The notes under the pieces are model-generated. The model searched no databases, was not told where the DNA came from, and saw only the letters and a list, made by a program, of their open reading frames with translations. The position numbers and the translations under genes were made by a program. A stretch of DNA of 58,277 nt, the filler included, from Sphacelaria rigidula (Eukaryota), in assembly GCA_964200075.2 (NCBI GenBank). It is 9 parts of 9 records of this genome, joined end to end, with 100 filler letters (N's around TTAATTAATTAA, not from the genome) between each part and the next. Parts side by side here need not be neighbours in the genome. Positions count along the whole stretch, not along the records: positions 45,406 to 51,791 come from CAXNAA020020395.1; positions 51,892 to 58,277 come from CAXNAA020020396.1; 7 more parts are not named here. One strand, given 5' to 3'. Below, piece by piece: positions 50,424 to 58,277 of this stretch (positions are counted from its first letter, which is position 1; every line of letters starts with the position of its first letter).

Positions 50424-50670
50424 TACGATAGCCCCCCCCCCCCCAAACCCGCCCAAACTGTCACGAAAAAAGTATCATACAGCGCCTGATGTTTGGCTTC
50501 AGGCGGTATGAAGCGCCTCATATGAGCGACATGGGCAAAAAGGAAGCCTAGCGTGGGAATTCCCAGCTGCTCGATGTGCTCGGCATTTTGCATTTCGATT
50601 CACGTGTAGGTTTTACCTTCCCAAACCAGCCACTTCTTTTTTTTGGGGGGGGGGCTATCGTAGAAAGTGT
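50424..50670 (+). mobile_element. MITE with TACGATAGC(C)n TIRs
   Basis: TACGATAGCCCCCCCCCCCCAAA ... TTTGGGGGGGGGGCTATCGTAGAAAGTGT; the terminus CACTTTCTACGATAGCCCC also occurs at about 12752 and 58192. Confidence 0.75.
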
Positions 50671-53551
50671 CACGTGAGTATCAAGAATCAGGACCTTAGG
50701 TTGCGGATAGATTATGGATTACGACCATTTATTTTCCCTTATTGTGCGCATGATATGGATCATGATCCTCCAAGGGCACATGCAAACGTTATGAAGTCAT
50801 GACCACTATTTCCCGTACTTTGTGCAAAAGCGAGTTCTTGTTGAGAAATCGCTTCATAAGAACACGAGGTTGAGGTGTTCTCAACAAACGAGAAAATTCG
50901 GCCCACGAAATGAAGCTGGGCCCTCCAGCGCCATGATAGTTCTCATGTGCACTCAAGGTGCTCATGTTTCACATAGAGACACCCACATGCGGTTTGGAAT
51001 ACTTCAACGGCGGATCGCTCGCTGCTGTACACAGTATCTGACTGCTTCCGTCAACCATACGCCTTGCGAACGCTATGGTGAATGACCATTGCACTTATAC
51101 TCCATGTGCGGGAGTTATAGATCATGATCGATGCTCTGCGTGCAAAGTACGTACCTGAGCGTCGTGCCTGCCGTCTTGTGGATATGACTGAAAAACACCA
51201 AATCCGTCGCCGCATTGTATGCGGGAATCTGAGCCCATCTCCGCTCACGTTCCTGGGGAACGAGCCGATGGGCGACGTGCGTGTGTTGTGCGGGGAAAAG
51301 CGACAAAGATGAAAAGGTGTGATAATAATACAGTGAACACAGTACTTTACATATTGAGGACGTTTTTTTCTATTGAGGACAAACCTTGGGAATCGTGGTA
51401 AAGCATCGTAATATTCTCGAAAGCAAGAAGCGAATGCACTGTATCCGGCCGTGATGTGTGGCCTCGCTCCTTCCAAAAACATATATTTCATCCGCAACTT
51501 GAAAAAATCTCATGTTGGGCCGGATGTTATGGCACGCAGATTTTTGGCCCACGGTTTGTTCACTTTTGGGACGTTTGAGCCACCTTCCGACCCTCAAACA
51601 GGGAAAATCGTCAGCACACGTCTTGGACCCTTTGCATCACCCCACAGAGAGGAGCCTAGCCCACTTTTCAGATTCGCTTGGCTCCAACATTTCTAGAGTG
51701 GCCGCTGAACAATAATCCGTGTGCAATAAAATCTACGGCGATCTCCGCAGATTATTGGGCAAACAGGCGGGGGTCGACAAACACAGACTTTNNNNNNNNN
51801 NNNNNNNNNNNNNNNNNNNNNNNNNNNNNNNNNNNTTAATTAATTAANNNNNNNNNNNNNNNNNNNNNNNNNNNNNNNNNNNNNNNNNNNNATCAACTCA
51901 CGTCACACAAACCCAGTCGACTACTTTGTTTTTCTCACGTTCTCACGCTTTCCACGGTGGAAATCAGACATTACGAAGAAAAAACCCAATGCATTTGGAA
52001 TCCAACCCCCGTTATCTCCACCCTAATGGCGACAGTTGGACCATTGTACCGGCGGCAGAACCTGTGAGTATGACACGTTGCTTTGGTACCAGTAAAAACA
52101 TAATCTAAGTTTCGACCTCATGACACACGAGGTGCGCCTGGTCTTGACGCCCAACCTTCCAAGACACCGCCTCCATATTATCGAAAAGGAATAACACGGG
52201 ACATTTACTCCTTCCCGTGACAACGGAACGGGATGGGCACTTCTCGTCTCGACATATCTCCAGAATTTCAAATCCCGTGGAATGAGACGAGTACTTGTCG
52301 CCCCGATATATCCCCGAAGTTTCTTATTCCGTTCTGTTCCGTCCCGTCGCCATCGAGCGGACGGGACTTCCCGTCCCGTTTTCCTGTGAAAAGGCCTGGT
52401 TCAAATAGCGAGTAAAAATGTCCATGTGATTATCCTGGGTTTAGTCCAAGTCCATGACACCCATGTACTCCCAATTACACTCTCCACTCGCGTAATACTG
52501 TTTGCAGTTGCCAGCGTGGGCGAACCTGTCGTTTATCAAATTCAATGCGGTGTCCATTTGTGGCCCACCTATTACAGGGGGTCTGGCGGTTCATGAAAAT
52601 ACGAGGAAAATGTACGCCAAACAACTCCGCACCTTAGTCTTTCAAATCTCTTCGACACAAAAGTAGGACGGTAGTCAAGTCATGCGTTTGAAGTCGTCTC
52701 GGAAGACGGTGCAAAAAATGATTTTATTCACCTTACATACTTCTTCCCTCCATTTATAACCAGGCCTAGCACGGTCGCGGCGGTGAGGAACAGTGCTGAC
52801 GCCGAGAAGATCCAGCGCATGCTTGGGGCAGCCATTCTCCGAAGCCTTTCACTGTAACCCACAAGTCTACCGAGACAGGGAAAAGGACGTTGCGTTGATG
52901 CAACGGCACGTGGTTGCTTCCAGCTCTGCCACGCTTAACCTTTTCACATTGAGAAAATCAGAGTGCGGATGGTACTTGAGCACCGACAAGCAGTTTTTGA
53001 GTCTCCAACAAGGAAAATATGAGTGTCGTGTTGACGCCCGTGCCTATCCCTCGCCCCTCGCCACAGACAGCAGCCTCCTTTGCGGGTGCGATCCTATGAC
53101 TTGTTTTGTACTTTTATATGATGATTTTGCCTGGCTTCTCAGAGCCGACGATACACGGGACAGGGAGTGCATCACGAGCATGAAGCATGACGAGTAGTTG
53201 TACGAAACAACAGCGTGGTGTGTGGTACAACTGTCGAGCTCCTTCGAGCAAGACCGGCCCACATGCGCTGATTTGATTCAACGCAAAGGCTACCCTATGG
53301 ACCCGAAGCCGAAAAGATTGCACAATCGTCGCATACCTCCACGCACAAAACGCCAAGCCGAAGTATCCGATTGTTGTGCACCCCAGCAAGGCGAATCAGC
53401 TGCGTTCTGGTATAACGAACGCAGCATCTCCTCATTGCGTCATGAAGGACCAGTAGCGTTGCGGGGGAACACATTCCAGCTTCCGGCACACACTCAGCAG
53501 CAACGGTGAAGCAGTATCAGCAGCAATTAACAGTACTGTCAGTAACACAGT

Positions 53552-54144
53552 ATGAAGTTTGCAAAGCATCTGGCCAAGGCGATGAACGTGTCGGACCCAG
53601 AGTGGGCTCCGTATTGGATCAACTACAAGCAGTTGAAGAAGATGATCAAGAAGTCGTCGTCGCGATCAACTCAGAATGAGGAACTATTGCCATCGCCTCG
53701 AGTAGAAGTCACCGCTGCAGCTGCAGCGGCTGTCACATTCAATGGAGGGACAGGGCAAAGTAAGGTAGGTGGCACCTCCAGCTCTAACATAACCGCAGTG
53801 TCCAGCACATCAGTGTCCGATGGCAGTGGCGGCTGTGGTGGTGGTGTTGACAGTGATGCAATCATGTCATCATCTCCGACTGTGAGACGGAACGAAGGCA
53901 GCGACCGACCAAGGCAACCCGAAAACGAAGTGAGATTGTGCCGGCAGCCGCATCACGACTCTAGTCGGAAGCACGTCGTTGCATCGCTGCCTTCGGCATC
54001 AGCACCACGAACAGCAACAGCAGCAGAAGCGGTATCATTGCTACCGCTGCCTCGACAAACACAATCTGCCATCAGCAGGAATCGCTCTTGCAAGAGAGCG
54101 AGGGCGAACAGCACCGACAATGAAAACTCACTGCCGCGGCCACC

Positions 54145-54192
<48 letters not shown>

Positions 54193-54640
54193 TGGACATA
54201 CAACTAAGCCGCCGCTGTTCCCAATCCCTGCACGTCCCGTCCCGCCGCTTCCAAATGTCCGACATACCGAAAGTAGTCCATCATCACATCAACATCCTCC
54301 CCCCTCGTCTTGTAATCATACCAGCAAGAGTCATGCCACCTCCGGCACCGCTGTTGTTGGGGCCGGGGCAATCAGAGGACCATCACCTTTGACGACAGTG
54401 GCGGCTCCGTCAGTCAGAGAAGGCGAATCGACATATGGGATTGGACTTCCTGGACGGGGGCACGAAAAAGGGTCGATGAAGACTGATGGAGGGAAAAACG
54501 ATTGGGGGCGGAGGGGAAGGGTAGCGATTGAGGGAGAGCTGGCAGCGGAGTGGGAACGGGTTTCTCCATTTTTCGGTGTGCTCATGAGACAGGTGGACAA
54601 GTGTTCCGTGTTCTTCTTGCAGTGCGAAGAGGATCTCAAG
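53552..54640 (+). CDS. SPX-domain protein, exon 1
   Basis: MKFAKHL...PEWAPYWINYKQLKKMIK is the SPX N-terminus; FFGVLMRQVDKCSVFF is SPX helix 3; AAG|gtagtg donor; 363 codons. Confidence 0.92.
54146..54190 (+). repeat. (CAG)15 coding polyQ
   Basis: Pure CAG run in SPX exon 1. Confidence 0.95.
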
Positions 54641-54914
54641 GTAGTGTATGTGTCTGCATCTGGGCATTCTAGTTGTTCGTTGTTACGAAGTGGGTTCTGT
54701 TGGAAGCTGTACAGCTGTCCAAATATGCCATCTACTACTCTTCCAGCGAAAAGGTGAAACAAGGGATATAATAGTGGATTCACACTAGTCATCCCTACTT
54801 GTACCTCTCCCGCGTGGCGGACAGTGGTATGTCCCAGACTGCCAGTGACGTCCGTCCCTATGACCAGGTCCATTTTTTGTCTGCTGTCTCCCATGTCTTT
54901 CTCATATATCTCAG

Positions 54915-55013
54915 GTACGACTGCAACGACTGCAGCTCGCGCTAAGCCAGCTCAAGGATCCACAACTGAGCCGCATGGGCAGCGTCAAGGACAGTCACGT
55001 GAAGCTCATGCAG
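54915..55013 (+). CDS. SPX-domain protein, exon 2
   Basis: ctcag| ... |gtgaga, 99 nt, phase 0/0; VRLQRLQLALSQLKDPQLSRMGSVKDSHVKLMQ. Confidence 0.8.
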
Positions 55014-56947
55014 GTGAGAAACGACACGGGGTGGGTTATATAACTTCCACGAGGTACGGGCGAGATCGTGGGGCAGAATGACGTGGAGCAAGGCGCGCAG
55101 GTACAGCTGAGATGGACTATTGCGACCTTAATTAGGGCCATCACCCTAGCTCTTGACCCTTTTGATTGCTAGGATGGGTCACCTGTTGAATCGGCCTAAT
55201 TTGCTGTTCCCAGGTGACCCATCCCGTGGTCAACGAGTCAACTAGTAAAAGGGTTGAAAGCAGTCCTGGATCATACCCTCAACATATTGAAGTGAGACGA
55301 CGATCGTGCATTCATTTCGTGCATGCCAGCAGAAGTTCAATCTTCGGGGACTATGCTCTTGCCTTGGCAGCGTGGAATCTGGTCGAAACGAGTTGCCAAC
55401 GGTAAAACACAAACGACTAAAGACAAGACTCGCAAAAGAAGATTGAAAGCTGCGTTTATCGTCGCGGCCTCAGCTTCCCACAGGGTGAAAAATAGTGAGA
55501 GGATGAGGCCACATTCGCAAAAATCTCTCATACACACGCTTGCCTATATATTGGTTCCCTGTCTACAGCGCGAAAATTCCCATTTCAGCTCAGCAGTTTG
55601 CAAAGCAAAATCCAATCCTGTTGTATGATTTATACACGGTAGGATACCGTCTGAGAGTTCCGAGCCCTTGCCTCTCCTCGGGCAGCAGAATGCTCTGTCG
55701 ATCAACCTTGGCGGTTGCGTTGAGGACAGTGCTCTGCAGGGCCGACAGGGAATATTAGGAAAAGTGTGAGACAGGGGGCAAGGGGGGAGCCGCGCACCCG
55801 GTCTCGGAGAGAGGGGACAGACCACAAACCAGTCAAGCTCATAAAATGTGCTTGTTGCTGTGTGTGTTGGCCTTGAGCTCGGAGCGCACACATTGCGAAG
55901 TGACTCCAAGGCTTAGGGGTAGCTCTCCATGAGCGCTCTAACCGACACCCGAGGCAGCTTCCTCGTGGCTAGATGTTTCATAATGGACGAGGCCAGTGGA
56001 TCTGACTGGTTCTGAGTAGAACCACGAAGTATATTGGGTTTACATAAGTAGGACCCACTGTTATGCCCATGAATGAAGGCCCTAGCGACCGGAAAATGCG
56101 GAGTAACAATAAGGAATAATGAAGACGTCATAAACTGGTTGGACCCGGCCGAACCTCTTCCGAACAGAACACGCGCTCCATTCCAAGTTACCTAGGCTTA
56201 GTGTGCGACAGCTGTGATTTTTCATCGCGTTGTTCTCGAGATAGTAAGCATACCGGCCTGTGGCACTTCACAGGCCCCCGCACACACATTACACCAAGTC
56301 ATTGTAGCGGCGGAGTTGCTCAATTCGCCACAGCAGATCCGAAAAGCCCCAGGACGTTGAAGGAAACGCGTTTTGAAGTACATTTTGTGTTTGGTGCAGC
56401 GGTTTGCAAAGTTCCGCGACCTCTGCGGCACGCGTTAAGGAAATTCGCCGCCACTTTGACTAGCTCTGGTGTGTGGGAAGCGCACGCACCCAACCGCGGC
56501 CCAGTCCTCTGTTTCGTTGCCGTGAAAAATGCGTTGAAAGACGGGCACAACAGCAGCACGAGCAGCAGTTGCTATCCTCCTGTTGTTGTAACCCTGTGTA
56601 CAGGTGCACAGCAACGTCAGTCACAAGTTTCTTGTAGAATGTACTAAATACTGGTACATTCTGTATAAGCGTCGTCGTCAATTCGAGTGACGCGCGTTCT
56701 TGTGATCGATACTGATTGGCTCATTTACGTTTCATTTCTTCTGCATCAACTGACTGTGTAGTTGGTCGGTCCATTTTCCCGACATATAGTGCCCAAAATC
56801 GGGGCCCAATCACGGGCACGGGCATTGTGACAGTTGCGCTAATTTTTGTTGCTGGCGTCGCTTCAAGCCGTATAACTGTTGCAAACGTCGCATATTGGTT
56901 ACAGCAAGGTTTTGCCGCCCTCCTCCACACACCTCCATCCGGTTCAG

Positions 56948-57108
56948 GCTTGCGTCAACTTCTATCGCGAGGCGCTGCTGCTAGAAGATTTCGCGATGGT
57001 GAACTTCACGGCGGTGATCAAGCTGCTCAAAAAGCGAGATAAGTCTACCGGGACAGCATACCAGCGACGGTTCATGGCCGAGATAATGCACGACCAACCC
57101 TTCGCCAT
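56948..57108 (+). CDS. SPX-domain protein, exon 3
   Basis: ttcag| ... AT|gtacgt; ACVNFYREALLLEDFAMVNFTAVIKLLKKRDK...HDQPF carries the SPX lysine cluster. Confidence 0.92.
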
Positions 57109-57290
57109 GTACGTTCGATGCGCATGCCAGAGCGCGAGACATCGTTCGCGGTGGTAATGTGGAGGCACTTGTCTTACTCATTGTGTATGTAGCGGCATGC
57201 GGAGGAGAGTTCCTTGTGTGGATACCACAACCATATATGAAGGAGGTAAAAATTCCTGAAGTGTCCATCGAAGTTTCATCGCCTGTTCAG

Positions 57291-57438
57291 CAGGGCCTGT
57301 CTCGCGAGACAAGAACACGGGATATGTCACGGGACGGGACGGGAGTCGTTCTTTTGGCGATAGTGCTGCGTTCAAGCCCCGTCCCGTGACTTTTGGGGGA
57401 ACGGGAATTCCCGACCCGAAGTCCCGTGACTAGCCCTG
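57291..57438. mobile_element. MITE-like element CAGGGC...GCCCTG with GACGG/CCGTC subterminal repeats
   Basis: Imperfect TIR; related sequence at about 52193-52398; no TSD seen. Confidence 0.5.
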
Positions 57439-58024
57439 CCTGCCCTTTACATTTGCCGTATGTTTTTTGTCCCTGACATTTATCCTTTACGCCAACGTAA
57501 ACGCGAGCTACATGGCGCGAGCAGTTTTCCCCAAGCATTAACTCTGGCATGCTGTGCTTCGAATATGCACGAGCACCGTCTGATCTTCATCCAAGCTAGA
57601 AATGGTGGCGGGCGCAAGCTGTTCCTCTCGTTTGACATGTGCAAGTAAACTACCGTATCCTAAACAAGTTTGACACAGGAGACACCCCTTCCCTCCCTCC
57701 CTCCCTCCCTCCCGTGTCTAAGCACCAGTCGTGACGCAAGCTGAGAAATCACCCCGAAGAAGCATCAAACCAGTCATGCCCTGTGATTGACAGATGCTGC
57801 AATAATCACTTCATCGTCTTCATATCATCATTTGTGACCTGACTTTTTGAAGCCCTCAAAGACGGGCCTCAATTTGCCATGGCCGTACCGAGTCCATTCC
57901 CCGTTTCGAAAATTAACCTCAGGTCGTAAGTCTCCTGTTTTGGGTCTGTCATCCCATCGTCTTCCGTGATCACCTCGAGAATTAATTTCAAAATCGTAAC
58001 ATAGCTCCAATCTCGTGTATTTAG

Positions 58025-58163
58025 GTACCCCGGGGTGGCGAAGCGGGTGGCGCAGGTGGAGCGCATCTTCCAGGAGATCGAGGACATGTGCTTCTTGAAG
58101 ACTGAGGCTGGGATGAAGTCGATCATGAGGCCTGAGCTCACCGTTGTCGAGGCTATCATGAAG
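58025..58163 (+). CDS. SPX-domain protein, exon 4 (gene continues beyond the window)
   Basis: tttag|G phase 2 completes ATG; YPGVAKRVAQVERIFQEIEDMCFLK...EAIMK|gtaccc. Confidence 0.8.
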
Positions 58164-58277
58164 GTACCCACAGGGTGTTGTTCGCAAAAGACACTTTCTA
58201 CGATAGCCCCCCCCCCCCAAGTGCTGCTCCGTCTCGGAAGGGATGCGTGTTCAATGGTCAAACGACTAAGGCAAGCA

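Noticed and set aside
51100..51791. Possible mariner-type transposase remnant
   Set aside because: Only a vague resemblance in broken ORFs; no catalytic motif or TIR could be shown. A BLASTx search is needed.
52793..53551. Phosphate-starvation cis-elements or uORFs upstream of SPX
   Set aside because: No convincing GNATATNC match seen, and the short ORFs have no supporting features.

Overview
Eukaryotic, intron-rich, repeat-rich DNA of roughly balanced GC, probably a brown alga (Phaeophyceae; inferred from gene structure and repeat style, not verified). The window is not one locus. It is nine contigs of 6387, 6387, 6387, 6386, 6386, 6386, 6386, 6386 and 6386 bp joined by identical artificial 100-nt linkers (44 N + TTAATTAATTAA + 44 N), i.e. 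size-sorted unplaced scaffolds, so no neighbourhood inference holds across linkers. Host gene fragments rebuilt from splice sites: a USP9/24/34-like deubiquitinase (4 exons, one with a GC donor), a KDM2/KDM7-like JmjC demethylase (3 exons), an SPX-domain protein (4 exons), a coiled-coil protein and two unknown proteins. Mobile DNA: a chromodomain Ty3/gypsy element lacking its RT core, a second gypsy fragment, two RTE-like LINEs, a tRNA-derived SINE family, a 2-kb TA-flanked Tc1/mariner-like element and several MITE families. The most notable candidate is a decayed XPG/PIN-nuclease plus Cys-cluster ORF matching the AcademX transposon architecture. A 3.9-kb decayed coding tract remains unidentified. 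No CRISPR, rRNA or functional tRNA gene was found.
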